DNA of 64,000 nt from Phaeosaccion multiseriatum. Taxonomy: Eukaryota; Protista; Ochrophyta, other classes. Below the pieces are notes generated by a model. It did no database searches, had not been told where the DNA came from, and saw only the letters and a list, made by a program, of their open reading frames with translations. The translations under genes were made by a program, and so were the position numbers. The DNA is taken from the NCBI GenBank assembly GCA_965112735.1, contig OZ218951.1, positions 3,658,001 through 3,722,000 of the forward strand. The letters run 5' to 3'. Positions 12,018 through 25,311 of this stretch are shown here, in pieces (positions within the stretch are counted from its first letter, which is position 1; every line of letters starts with the position of its first letter).

Positions 12018-15000
12018 TTACTCCACCGGCATTGCCGCCCGGTACTTGTAATCGATGGTGGTGGCGCAGGCGGCCTTACTATCAACATAGTCCACGAGGG
12101 GGAGGAGGACTTCCAACAAACACCGAGACCATCGACTCTTGTCCGACCCAATGTCCACCACCACTGCCCCGAGCTCCTCGTCCCACTCCAGCCTCGCCAA
12201 AAGCTTGAAGTCCAGCGCGCCATCTAGCAAGGGAAACCACCGGTCCCCTGTGACATCTTTTCCGTCCAGACGCACAGCATGACCCCCCTTCCTGCCCGGT
12301 TTTTGCGGTATGAGCGAGATGCGCTCGATTCCCAATCGCCTCCCCGCCGTGACCAGCGCACGATGGGCGAATATCGCCGTGACACTCTCTGGTCGGGGTC
12401 CAAAGGCCTCCTCCCACTCCTCTGAAATCTCAATGAGCTCCTTGTACGTCTCCGCAACCCGCAGCCTCCCGAGCTCCAGCGTCTTTTGGGTCTCCGACAT
12501 GTAGTCGTCTGGGACGGAACCCTTGTCCAGACCGCCGTCGCCAAGGTCAATGTCACACTTGAAAACAGACACCACATCCGCACCCTTGGCATCCGCAATG
12601 GCCTTCTCCAGCATGTTCATATAGAGCTCGTATCCAATGGAGCCCACGTCACCGCTTTGGTCCGTCCCAAACATATTCCCAGCACCCCGAATCTCCAAGT
12701 CTCTGTTCGCAATCTCAAAGCCACAGCCCAGGTGGCTCAGCTCCCGCAATGCATTCAGCCGCCGCTTGGCATCGTTACTGAGCTTTGCATCTTTGGGGTA
12801 CAGGAGGTAGGCGAAGGCTGGGACATTGCTGCGCCCGACTCTGCCCCTCATTTGGTACAGCTGACTGAGACCGAACATGAATGAGTCCTGGATGATGATG
12901 CTGTTGACATTGGGCATGTCGATTCCATTCTCGATGATACTCGTCGCCATGAGCACATTGCCCTTGCCCAAGGTAAAGGACACGATTCTCTCTTCCAGGT
13001 CCTTTACTTGCGAATGGCCCACAACAACCTGCGGCAGGGAGTGGGGTGCGTGGTGGAGCTTAGCTTAGGTTTGTTGCTGTTGGTTGTTGTTGTTGTGGTT
13101 GTTATAGAGGAGAAGAGTACCACCACACCAGTACAAACGTGCACAACAAACCTGTGCTTCAGGGACGAGACGCCGCACCCTCTGTTCCGTTTTCTCCAAG
13201 TCCGCAATGCGAGGCACCACATAGAAAACCTTTACAACAACAGTTGGGGGGTCGAGTAGGAAGGGTTTACGTGCGCTTAGTCGGTGGAACAACATGTACT
13301 CACCGCAACGCCGCAGCACGGCCTTGTCTTACCTGTCCGCCTCTCCGCAGCTCCCTCTGGATGGCTCTCTGTATAATGTCATCTTCGCTCTTCATGACGT
13401 ACGTGGTCACGTTTTGGCGCCCCTCCGGTGGGGTGGCGATGGTGCTGAGGTCTCTTATCCCAGACAAACTCAATTGGAGGGTCCGGGGAATGGGTGTAGC
13501 CGTCAGAGTCAACACATCCACACCCGTGGTGATGACCTGTGCTCACATTGGCGTGGGTGGTGTGCGTCTCGTTAGCGCCTTTGCTGTGGCTGTGTATCTT
13601 GAGGAGACACGCGCCGCTCACTCACCTTGAGACGCTCTTTTTGATTGACACCAAACTTTTGCTCCTCGTCGATAACCAGCAGACCCAGGTTCCCAAACTC
13701 GACCTGCAGTGACGCCAGCAGCCAGAGACAACGATTAGTGTACAGCTCTCAAAGTCGGAGGGGGATGGACTGCATTGCTACTTCTTGCCTTTCGACCCAA
13801 CAGAGTGTGTGTGCCAACAGTCACGTCCACTGTGCCGTTGACCATGCCCTCTTTGGTCGACCTGCTCTCCATACTATTCGTGGCGCGCAACAGCTGAACG
13901 TTGACTTCTGGGGGCATCCTGCTTGGTTCAATGAGGGAGCAAGCGTGAGCAGGGAAACAACAAACTCTGCAACAATACTCCACCTGGTGACGTACCGCCG
14001 TTTCAAGGTCCGCGTGTGCTGCGCTGCAAGAATTGTTGTTGGTGCCAAAAAGGCAACTTGCCTGCCCGCCAACACCGCCCGGTAGACTGCCCGAAGAGCC
14101 ACCTGGGGAGGGAGGGAGTCGTTGTGTAGGTCAGCAGTGCAATCTCCATGGACGGAAGAACGGGGGCAAGACAACAATACCTCTGTTTTCCCGAAGCCCA
14201 CGTCTCCACATAGCAGACGGTCCATGGGCTGCTTCCTCCACACCATGTCTTGCTCAATCTCTGCGCCGCACTTCATCTACATACACAGTGTTTGCCACCC
14301 AGCGCGGAGAGACGAGACGATTATTGCAAGGCCTTTAAAGTGCAGGCGGCAGAAAGCTTTGACATTTCCACTCTACCTGATCAGCCGTCAAGTTGTACGG
14401 AAAGGCGTTCCCGAAAGCCTCCATTTCCTCTCCATCCTCTGGGCAGGGAGTCCTATTCTTTTGGGCCCTCTTTGCGTGCACTTCCAACACGTTGAGGGCC
14501 TGCGCCTCGACCCTCCTGTACACTCTCCTCTTCTTTTCTATCCACGTGCGCTGCTGCGCCACGCTGCTCAGCTTCACTCCTTTGAAGTCGCTACTCCGGT
14601 GCCTCGTCAAAACCCGCCTACTGTCTATCGGAAGCGTAATCTTGCCGTCCTTAAACTCCAGCAGAATCTGGAGCGGCAAAACACACACGTGGACACACAC
14701 ACACAGAAGGTCAGTCCAATCGCCGCATCATTATGGCACGCACGCAACGCGCACAAACCTACCATGTTCTCGCCGTTCTCCTCGAAGGACTCCAAAAATT
14801 TACAAAAGCCAAAGTCCTCGTGTACGCAAAAGTCTCCCTCGTATACAACGCGCTCCTTCCCGATCGGTCCGATACTAACAGCTGTACTCTGGACCTCCTG
14901 AGCTTGCCGATCCTGCTCCTCCTCCATCTCCACCTTTGCCAACACCTCACCCCCCAGCTTCTCCCCCCCCCCTCCCCCTCCCCCTCCCCCTCCCCCTCCC

Positions 15001-15295
15001 CCTCCTGCTTCTCCTTCATGTCTACAATCGAAACCGGGAGAGTGGTGCTCTGCAGTCTGCTGAACGAATACTTGCTCCGCTCGGCCTGCTCTGCCTGACG
15101 ACCGGGCCCGCGCCGGTGCCTCAGACTTCTGATGCCTGACTCGTGCCGCAGACTCCTCATCCCTCCCCCAGCAGGGTTCAAGAAGGCCTCCGCCTTCTCC
15201 GGAGCAGCAGCCAACGCCACCAACGACAGAGTCGCGCACACGGGAAACCACGGCGCCCGGCATCCCACGCGGTGCTCCTGCCCGCCGCCCCTCAT
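12018..15295 (-). CDS. mfd: Plastid-targeted transcription-repair coupling factor (Mfd/TRCF), multi-exon; apparent frameshift in a G-run near 14965
   Basis: CarD-like RID ([14 protein letters not shown]), [46 protein letters not shown] and [10 protein letters not shown]-terminal signal peptide with an AEA-FL cleavage site. Confidence 0.88.
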
Positions 15296-15609
15296 CAGCA
15301 GCTCTTTATGGTGGAAGGCCGCTGGGCGAAGTTTAAGGTCGATGGGCACCCCCTCGGGGAAAAATGCCTTGACGAGAATCCAACAGGCATACAACGACAA
15401 AGGAAAACAAAAGAAAGAGGTGAGTAACTGCACGGGCCACGAGAAGGCTCGGCGGAGGGGGTTGTGCGGGAGGCGGTGGGATGGCTGCGGGGGAAAGGCG
15501 AGTAGGGCGTGCGCTTCGGGCGCACATGCTCCTACAACAAGGAAGTTTTCCTGCTTACGATTGTGCCTCATCTCTCTGCCTTTCTCCTCCTCTCGACAGA
15601 TTGTTCACC

Positions 15610-16305
15610 ATGTACGGCATCACAAAGGTAGTTTTGGCTTTGGCCATGATTCTGGGTATGGCTTCGGCCTTTGTGCAGCCCTCTGCAATTGCTTGCCGGC
15701 CGGTTTCCCACGCTCGCCCCAGCCGGAGCGCCATGTCCATGTCCACGTACTGGGAGGGAAAGAGCCCTCCTTCGTCCGTGCTGGGGCCCGTCCTGGAGAA
15801 GATGCCAAGCGCTCTGCTGGGTATGGCCAGGTACGAGGAGAGTGGGTTTTTCGGACAGGAAATTCGCAGGGTTAATGTGGCTAACCAACCTGCTCTTTTT
15901 GTGCGTCCATGCTACTCGCTCAGTCTGGCCGCCTTGGGAGTCGGCACTTACAGTGTGCACGAGAGCAACATCTTCCACAATCTGTCAGCCGACTCGGTCA
16001 ACCCCCAATATGTGATTGGGTCTCTGCTCACGCCCATCTCTTGGGGCCTGCACGTCGGTGAGTGCCTTTCTTCGGTCTCACACACACCCGTCCTTGCATC
16101 CATCACCTGTGGTCTCAATGTATCACTCACTGCCTTCATGCATCACTCGTGGCCTTTATCAATGACTCACGCCCCATCCCTTTCCCCAATGAAAGAAAGA
16201 ACCACACGGCGACTAACATTTCATTCCCTTTTTGTGCTTCCTTTCTCTTGCGCGTTGCCTTTTTCCCGCACAGCGAGCTGGATCCAAAAGCAGAACTCGA
16301 AGTAA
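15610..16305 (+). CDS. psaR: Photosystem I subunit PsaR (Psa28), nuclear-encoded, 3 exons
   Basis: ASAFVQP bipartite presequence. The mature part YWEGKSPPSSVLG...HESNIFHNL...PISWGLHVASWIQKQNSK matches the red-lineage PsaR pattern as I recall it. Confidence 0.8.
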   Translation: MYGITKVVLALAMILGMASAFVQPSAIACRPVSHARPSRSAMSMSTYWEGKSPPSSVLGPVLEKMPSALLGMARYEESGFFGQEIRRVNVANQPALFVRPCYSLSLAALGVGTYSVHESNIFHNLSADSVNPQYVIGSLLTPISWGLHVGECLSSVSHTPVLASITCGLNVSLTAFMHHSWPLSMTHAPSLSPMKERTTRRLTFHSLFVLPFSCALPFSRTASWIQKQNSK

Positions 16306-16685
16306 AGAATTACTAGTGTAAGGGAGGGGAAAGGAGTTAATAGAGAGCAGGGAGGGCAGAGGAGGACATGATAATACTGCGTCAGGTAGTCTCGCTCCGT
16401 GCATAGACCGAGGAGAGGGCGGGCCAAGGTGCGCTGCGCAAGGGTGCCACGGGTTTGGAAACGGAGAAGGGCTTTTCTGTCCACACGGGGGCTACTTTTC
16501 CTGTTCTGGAAAGCAGCCACAGACATGGATGGAGACAGCAGCGCCGGGAGGGAATATTACGAGAAGGGAAGTCATATTAGGCGAGGGGAAGAAGATAAAG
16601 AACTGTGGGGAAGAAGGACTCGGCCGCCGCGAGTTGTCCCCATTTTAATTTGATTTTTTATGTACACATTGCAATTGGAACAAAA

Positions 16686-18530
16686 TCACTTGGCTGAGTC
16701 CATCAAGGACAGGAGGTCGTCTCCGTCGTCGTCTGTACCCTCGGCCTTGTGCCCTGACGGGCCGTCCTTGGCGGATCTCCCTCGGTCATCCGCCAGGTCG
16801 AGGTCGTCGATCATTTTCGCAGCGTTGGTGTGCGAGGTGGACAGGTCGATGGTAATGGTCGGCACGCAATCGCCCTCATCCTGCCGGAGTGTGTGCAATC
16901 ATTAGTCTTTGCGCTCAAAGGAGGGGCGTTGTCAAGAGAAATACACCGTACCTTGCCCTCCGCCACTTCCGAGTCGTCCTCGGGGAAGAGAGACAGCTTG
17001 AAGGGTTTATAGTCTGGCTCGTTGTCGGCCTGCTGAACACGCAAGGTTTGAGGTTTTGATGAGGAATCTAGTCGAATGAGGACGCCAGAATTTGGCTACT
17101 TGTATGACATGCTTACCTCCTTGGTCGAGGTTCCCATTAGAGTGGCCAAGAGGGAGAGCTCATCCGCCGCAGATCGCTTCGAGTCCGGCCTCGATGAGCC
17201 CCGCTTCGGTTCTGCTACCACCTGCCGCTTCTCCGCCGGCGTTCCCCGTCCTATTAGTGCGGAGGCGGCCAAAAGCTTGGCGGCACGCTCGGTATTCTCC
17301 GTGTGCACCCCGCTGGCCCCGTCCTTGACAGCCGCGGCGTCCTGAGGACGGAGACCAGGATGTAAATGCGAAAGAAGAGGAGGCTAAGATGTGCGGTTCT
17401 TTCAATGGTCAAGAGATATTGCACCTACATCGACGTAGAGGTTGGTACCCAAAGGGCATGTGGGGTCCATGTAGCTCGCATAGGCTGGCTTTAGGGTCTC
17501 CACGTTGGCCATGGACACGCTGGAGCTGCTGACGAGGCGGCCCTCCTCAAAGAAGCCCACTTGACCAGGCACCTCCGAGCCCACGGGCACGTGGCCCTCC
17601 ACTTTAAGAACAATACTCCCGTCAACGCGCTGCACTGCATTCTGAAGAAAGATGGACACTTTTATCCGCCGCCCTTGGAAAAACTGGAGGTTGTTTCAGG
17701 AAAGGGCCTTCAGGAAAGGGGGGGGGGCTGAGATGTCCAGATGACGAGAGTTCTCAAGTAGAGAGCAATCAGTGGTCCCCAACTCACCTCCAAGAGCTTG
17801 CTGCGAAGTTGCATCCAGCCCCAGGTGTCCATGCGGCAGTACGTATCCAGAGACAGTTGAATGACATTGTCCAAGAGCTCCAAAATTCTTGGGTTGTCGG
17901 CCATCTGGGAGAGGGAGCGATGGTCGGCACCGCTTACCTAAGCATACGCGGACAAACAAATCTGACCTCCACCCTCCTTCGCACCTTTCGGACAAGCTCC
18001 AGATGATTCAAGGTGACTTGCATCAGCATCTGCGGCTGAGAACACCTCAACACCTGTGCAAGCGAGAAGAGGGGTAAGATGGCAGTCGCTAGGGATCCAG
18101 CAGCCGGATGTGCACACAAGACCTGATACTTGAAGCCCATTGCCATTAGGTCGTAGAGCTTGCCCATGCTGCTCTCATTCAGCCGCATGATGCTACTGTG
18201 AGCTAGCTTACTGAAGATGGCCCGCGTGTCCTCATTGCTGTACATTGCCTGCGGCTTCAGCACCTCCGTCACAAACTGTGTAGTTGCGTCACGAGAGGTG
18301 GGACATGATTAGTCACAGAATCGTCCCTGTCAATAGATGCTGACGGAGCACTGCAGCATGGAGTGGAAAGATACACTTGCCTTGTCTCCAAACATGGCTT
18401 GCATCACGTCCTCCAGGACTTTTGTGCTCTTCCCCCTCTCAATATTCTGGTCCCTCAATCGCTGCTGTAGAATAAAGAGCATCTCCGACCCCATGTTGAT
18501 TATCAGCATGGGCATACATATTAGAGACAT
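16686..18530 (-). CDS. OSCP1: Organic solute carrier partner 1 (OSCP1/NOR1)-like
   Basis: MPMLIINMGSEMLFILQQRL, LAHSSIMRLNESSMGKLYDLMAMGFKYQ, LGTNLY and a DDLLSLMDS end. Confidence 0.9.
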
Positions 18531-18889
18531 GTTGGGATTTGCGTGGGAGAGAGGAGAGAAAAGACGATGGACGGTTGAAGAATGGCCGTCGGATAATTCA
18601 TGACTTATACAGTACGTTTCAGAATGAGGGTCAGCTCATTGGTTGGGCCGAGAATTTCGCCCCCCCACAGCAGAGAGCGCAAATAAGCATCGAACTTGGG
18701 AAGGTCAAGCAAGCAAAACCACTACCAGCATCACATCCTACTCTGTTGCCAGTTGTGCTTGGCCGGTAGTGTAGGAGGAGAAGGGGGTTTCAGCAGAGCA
18801 AATTTCCACCGAGCGACGACGCGAGCATACGCAGAGGACAACGTTAGACAGTATCGGACGCCACCCTCCAACGAAGTAGACGAGGCAAA

Positions 18890-19378
18890 ATGGAGGAGCA
18901 CGAGCAGCAGCAGCAGGTTTTCGAGGTACCACGGACGCCACAGAAGCCGACTGCTTTTTTTGGAGAGCAAGAGGAGGGGGGTTCGTGTCACACAGCGGCA
19001 GAATCATCATCATCATCAATAGCAGCAGCAGAATCAGCAGCAGGAACAGAAGCAGCAGCAGCAGAAGCAACAGTAGAAGCAGCCCCAGAAGCATGGGCTC
19101 ACGGGCCCAGAGCCTCTCATGATGGCAACTCTGCATGTACTTGGGGAGGTCTCCAAGAGCTCGGCAAGGGGCTGGCACTGGAGCTGGCGTCCCACCCAAC
19201 TACCTGGCTCGCACTGTCCGTCTTCTACGCCTTCGATTTGATCAGAGCGGTTCTCCTCGTCTTTCAATTGGCGCTGTTTTGTGCCATTGGCTTTGAAATT
19301 GTGCGGCAGCTCTTCCGAGAGGTCAAGTGTTGGAGGGCGGGGACATGGGCAGCCGAGCCAGAGTTATCCCATAGTTGA
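18890..19378 (+). CDS. Hypothetical small membrane protein
   Basis: 162-aa ORF with an acidic Ala-rich N-terminus and hydrophobic C-terminal helices, divergent from OSCP1. Confidence 0.5.
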   Translation: MEEHEQQQQVFEVPRTPQKPTAFFGEQEEGGSCHTAAESSSSSIAAAESAAGTEAAAAEATVEAAPEAWAHGPRASHDGNSACTWGGLQELGKGLALELASHPTTWLALSVFYAFDLIRAVLLVFQLALFCAIGFEIVRQLFREVKCWRAGTWAAEPELSHS

Positions 19379-19638
19379 GGAGTCATTTTAGCGATGGAGA
19401 GCCTACTTTCGATCTCGTCCTTTGGAAGGACAAGACACGGGACAAGTCTCCGCTCGCTCTCTCTTTAGTTAGATACAGATAGATCATTCGATTCTCATCC
19501 ATTCAATTCAATATATTGGTTTGCCTACCAAAAGCACCCGCCTCTTGTCGTCGGTCAGCTCATCAGTACGAGCGCGAGTCGTAGGATCCCCTGTGGGAGG
19601 AGGGGGAGGATGCAGCGTAAGAAAAGAGGGTGAAGACT

Positions 19639-21724
19639 TCATCCATCACGCTGAGGGCCAAAGAGTCGATGCGTGCTCCTTCCCGCGCACACGTACCCGT
19701 GGTCAGATCTGCCCCTGTTCGGTGCTCCTCCCTGGGCTGCGTTGAACCTTCCTCTGAGGCGACGCTTCTCACGAATGGCCTTGGCAATGTTGTTCCCGAG
19801 AGTCTCCAGCGGCCGCTTCTCGTGGTGCGCGAATTTGGCCACGACGGATGGGCTGTGCGGTGATGTGACGTGAGTGGGAGATGCAGCAGGCGTTTAGCAT
19901 GCTACCGGTGTCTAGCAAGTCATCCCCCCCCCCCTCACAACAAATACACGTACCCATAGTCGTTCTGCTCTTCCATGGTGAAATGCCACAGATATCCATA
20001 GTCTTTGTAAACCTTTCGCTTTATCTGATTTTTGAGGGCGAGCAGGAGGAAAAAGAAAAGACCGGGAAACAAAAGATGAAACTCTTGTCCTTGCGTGACT
20101 GAAAAGATGATTTTGGGCCTTCTACTTGACGCGCTTACGTACCGGGGTGAGGGTTTGATTGTACTTGACGTCTATGGTCTTCTTGATCATAGAGCCCTGG
20201 ACAGACACGATTCGTCCCACAGAGAGAGCTTCAGGAGCAGGAAGAGAACGGCGGTACGGCACACCACGACTCAAAGACAAACCTTGGGGTTGAAAGTGAA
20301 GTCTTCTCTGCTGCGGTACAGGAGCAGCAAGTCGGGCAGCTCGAACACAAAGTACGTGGGCTTCCACTTCTTTGTGAGGAGCGTGCGGCTCGATATCCTC
20401 GCCAAGCACTCTCCGTCCGGCTTGTCTCCAGCGTTTCTGCTTCCTCCGACGCCGCCACCCGATCGTGCCCCATAACGGGTTACTGCCTGGCTGGAGCCCG
20501 ATCTCCCTGAAGATTGTTGGTTTTTCAAGTAGGAATGGGCTTTGTCAGTTTGTGTGTGGAATGGGACCACGGGAGCACTTGTCCCGACGCACCATTTCGA
20601 GCCTCTTCCTCGTTCTGCAGCCGCTCCGCCAGCGCGTGGTCAGACTCAATCTGCTTGTGCCGTGCCTCCGGTTTGGCCCCATCTTTGCCACCGTCATCCT
20701 CCTGCTCAGCAAGTTTCAAGGGGCGCAACAAAGTCGAGTCCAAGTAAGAAGCGCGTGCCTCATGCCAAACGGTCACCCAAACTCACTTCGTCGTCACTGT
20801 CTTCGTCACTTGCGCCATTGTCGCTCCAGTTGTCTTCCGCCTCCGCAGCTTTCGTCTTTCCGTCCGACTTGCCCCAGATATCAGCATCAGTAAGGTCTCC
20901 CCATCCATCTGGTGCTGCGACTGCTGGTGCCGCACCCCCTGCTGCACTAGTCTGGTCTTCAAAAGGGTTCCAGCCAGCCCCTCCTCCCTGCGCATGAGCG
21001 GCCACGTTGGTGTTGAAAGGATCCCAGTTCTTGCCCCCCTGTTGCTGCGCCGCCGCAGCGGTAGCAGCACCTGGCGCGGCACTGGTTTGGAAAGGATTCG
21101 CGGCTGGAGTTGGGGCGAAACTTGTGGGTGCCGGGGGCTGAGGAGCTGTCATGAAAGGGTCTGCAGTGTGTCCCACGTTGCCTGTGCAGAGATTTCAAAG
21201 AAAAGAAGAAGTGTAGTGAGCGAGAAAACACCAGCATGGCCCGGGTAGTTTGGGGGGGACACGAGGCCCCCAAAAGTGTGTGCATCTTCAGTCTCACCAA
21301 AAGGATTGCCCATTTCCTGTGGCATCTGCTGCTGCTGCGGAGCGAGAGGTACCGACATGGAAGCCTGTTTGGAGGGGGGGGAGAGCAATTAGAAAAGACG
21401 AGAGCTAGCAAACATTCACTTCCCTTGCCGCAACTTACCTGTGCAGTAGCAAAGGGCATCTGTTGAGGCTGCTGCACCTGCTGTTGCGGCTGCTGCATCT
21501 GCCCAAAACCTCCCTGTAAATACATTGATTTGAGCAAGCTTTAGAGCCGCAGACAGACACCACATGCGGCTCAGCGGGTAAGCACACCTTACCTGAGACG
21601 TGGCGTACGGCATTTGCATTTGCTGCTGCTGCGGTTGGCCGTAGTTTCCACCCGCCATTGTGCTGAACTGGCCCGCCATACCCAAACCCATTCCACCCAT
21701 GCCCTGCTGCTGCGGCGCAGGCGG

Positions 21725-21772
<48 letters not shown>

Positions 21773-22758
21773 AAGCAATCCACCCACCGGCCCGCCGAGA
21801 GACTGCATGGCACTCATGCCCCCGATTCCCATCTGTGTGTTGTGGTTTGTTGAGTTCGGGGCAACCAACGAGAGACGATGAGACTCTATTTGAACTAACA
21901 CCAGCATCAGTTAAGACAGAAGGCGAGCAAGCCCCACAAACACTCGCCTGTGGCTGCTGGGGTTGCATGCTTCCCATTCCGACTCCTGCAGAGGTCGCGA
22001 ACTGATTAAACATCATAGGCTGCTGTGGCTGCTGCTGCTGCTGCTGCTGCGGCGGCGGCTGCAGTTGTTTTTGATGAACGGAGGTGGGAGCGATGGAGCA
22101 AGGGGTGGAAGAGAGAGGATGAGCTGCTGACACAGGCGTTCGCTCAACCACACACGCGAAGGACCGCACCTGGAGCTGCATCATCCCTGCCCCAGCAGAA
22201 GTGCCGAACGGATCTGGCTGCCTGCTCGGAATTTGATTGAGAGGTACATGGCTAAAAGCTTGTGCAGTGGATCCTGTCCCCCCCAAAGCGTCCTGCTGCT
22301 GTTGCTGCTCCGGCTTCTTCGCAATGCCCTGAGAACATCCATGAACGGGAAGAGAACATCCAATCAGCAGGCCGCGGCGCACACTCACATTCTCGACCGA
22401 CCGCCAGAGCTGTTTGGACAGGGCTGTCCTACGTCCGAGACAGACCAGAGAACAATCCATATCGGCAAGCCGCAGCGCACAAACACATTCTCGATCGACC
22501 AACCATCAGGGCTCTTTAGGCAGGGCTTTACTACGTACATGAAGGCCAAAGGCGTCGAAGGAGGCGTCGTCCAGACCACCGCTGCCGGAGGGAGCCCTGC
22601 GCACAACAAGGGGGGGGGTGGAAGCAAGGTTGACCAGCAGGAAGAAGAGGTTGTTGACCAGCACCGAAAAGAACCACAGTTCTCCCACTGTTGGTACACA
22701 AAAACACGGCCGGGCGTTTGCTTGCTTACGTTTGGAACGGCTGTTGCTGCCCCTGCAT
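19639..22758 (-). CDS. Q-rich low-complexity protein with NPF/DPF motifs and a C-terminal PH-like domain
   Basis: Spliced exons with polyQ, DPF, NPF, WDPF and WNPF motifs. PH-like segment GECLARISSRTLLTKKWKPTYFVFELPDLLLLYRSRED. Confidence 0.7.
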
Positions 22759-22980
22759 ACTGAAAACCCCAGAGTACCGGAAGGCTCTTAGAGAGGGGGT
22801 CAAGAGGGGAGAGGAGGAGAAGGAGGGGGGAGAGGGAGGGAATTTAATTGACTTAATAGGAATACCTCAGAAACTGAATGTGTGCATGTGAGCGTGTGCG
22901 TGTTTATTGACATAGATTATATCACCAACTTCGACATTGCTGAGTACGCTCTCTATACATTGTAGAAAAGTAGAAAAGTC

Positions 22981-25001
22981 ATGCAAGGGCAAGACGGCCA
23001 GGTCCGACGGTACGATGTAGGCAAACGCGCCGCGAGCGCTACCGAATCCCGCAGGCTGATAGTGAGCAGCAGCACTCCTCAAAGCAGCCAGAGGCCGGGT
23101 GCAATCGGCGATACACGCGGGGGTGCCAACGACCTGATTCGGGTGCGTGCCTCACGTCCTGCCCCCAGCCAACAGAGCTCCAAGGACACCAGAGATGCAC
23201 ACCGTCTTCACCTTCCCCCCCCCTCCCCGCCTCACTGCTTCGAACCATCTCTCCTACCTCTCCTCACCATGCCACTCCTCAAGCCCTTGCCCCTCCTTCC
23301 CCCCCCAACCGGCCAGTCACCCTCCAATCACGTCCTTCCTCCCTCCAAACATAACGCTCTCTCCACCACCTTCTCTACCTCCCACCTCCCACTAACCACC
23401 CCCTACCGACCTTTCTCCCTCGCTACCGCCCAGTCTCCGATGCGCTTCACCCTTCACATGGACAAAACTCGCCTAGAGCGCACGAACAACACTGAGCATA
23501 TAAGCTCTAATGTTTGTCCCACCCCCCCCCTCCACTCGTGCAGGAAAGTCTGGGGGTATACTCTTCGGGGATAACGCAGTGCGCTGTATGGTGGTTGATT
23601 GGCGTCGGTATCATCGTCGCAAGGCTTGTTCACCGGCGCTTCCAAGGGCACTACCTCCAGCATCCCACTCGTGCAGCTCCGATACCGCTGTGGGCAGCCT
23701 TCGGACCCATGTGGATAGGAGACGCCCTTTTGGTGGCATCATGCGTTCGCGTGTTGGCCAAGGCGTACTCTATCAAGTTTGTAAGGGGGCGGGCTGCTGC
23801 CTCCGCGAGCGAGAGTGAACGGGCGAAAGCAGGGGGGGGCGGGCGCGGCGCTGACATTTCTTCCTATTCGGCAATCTCCCCCACGTCGCGACGCTCTGCC
23901 CCGGCGTCGGTCCATGTGGATGTCGCGTTCCTGCATCTGGTGCAGCGCCTGGTGCTCGGAGCCCTTCTTTCTCTCCTGTTGCTCGTATTGGTGGTCACGT
24001 TTCAGCTGCTTCTCTTCTCTCGCCTGGGCGGCGATCACGGCCCTCGTCGGGGAGGCAGCTTTCTGGTGGCTGCGTGGCCTCTCTTCACCTTAATGGGGCT
24101 GGCCCTCACTAGGGCGGCTCTCCTGCGGTCTGACGGGGCCTTGTCCGTGTGCGTGTGGCTGCTTTTGGGGGGAGGGCTCATTGCCACTGGCCTGAAGCTG
24201 GATGGCTCCCCCGCCACCCGAGGCGTGTCTTGGCTGCTTGTGCTCTCCCCCGTGTGGGCTGTGAGCTCGCTCTTGTTCCTCTGTTGCTCGTTTATTCTCG
24301 TAAAGGTCTGCTCTGGCCGCTACGAGTTGGTGCCCGCGCAGGTAACGTGCACCCACACATGAGAACAGGGATCCCTCTGCTCCTTCTCTTATGCACCTGT
24401 TACACCCTTCCACCCCAGGCGCGTGCTCTCGGCCTTTACTTCTGCTCGCTTGTGGTGAGTAACGCAGGAGGCGTCATACTCTCCGCGCAGCTCGAACTGG
24501 GTGCAGGTCCGGGTCAGCGCGTGCTGTTTGGACTGGTCCTGCCGGCCCTGTTCGTGTGGGGAGGGGCTGCCATGGCGCTGGTCGCCGCGTCCCTTTCGCT
24601 AGAGCACCACTTCAGCAGGCTCTTTGCGACGCAGGTGAGCGCTGAATAGTTGAAGGAGCTTTCAACGCCGCGGCACATACACTAAACACGCACACGCCAA
24701 AAAACACATACACACATACACACAGGGCTACGAGGATCCCCTCCCGTTGGCCAGGACTTTGCGCGGATGGGAACCCTCTGGGGGCGGCCGTACGACGTGG
24801 ACTCTGTTGGGTGTGGTGGAGAAGCGGAGTAAGCACCGTCAGGCACTGCCCAGCGGTCGAGTGGGCGCCACAGATCACCGCAAAGGCCCTGCGATGCTTT
24901 CGTCTGACAGGGAGGGGTTCGAGGAGGGATACGAGAGAGAAGGCTTCAATAGAACAGACTCGGGCACGTACGCCGACATCTACGACGAAATGGAAACTTG
25001 A
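22981..25001 (+). CDS. Multi-pass membrane protein (TMEM185/TMEM60-like)
   Basis: Repeated W..FGPMW and KLDG...SWLLVLSPVW helix motifs. GT-AG introns join the exons in frame. Confidence 0.65.
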
Positions 25002-25311
25002 TTTAAGAGCAATGCGGCCTTGGTTCTTCCTGAGCGCTTTCAGTTCATGCTCTTTTCTACGAGACTCTGCCTTCCCAACCCTCAAACACTATAAAAAACA
25101 CATCCATATAACTCACTTTGATCGTTCATCTAACTATAGCCTCCACACGAGGGCCTATCAAACTAACTAAGCCTTAACACTATGGCCTTGGTCGGCCACC
25201 TGACTAACACCCAACCAACACTTACCCCCCTCCTCACACAAAGAAAAGAGGTTCCACTCGACCACTACGGCCTCCCATGCCTTCAGGGCAGCCGCGAGTT
25301 GCACAAGGATC

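Noticed and set aside
22758-22992. Divergent genes both beginning MQGQ
   Set aside because: The similarity does not extend beyond a few codons and is likely coincidence.
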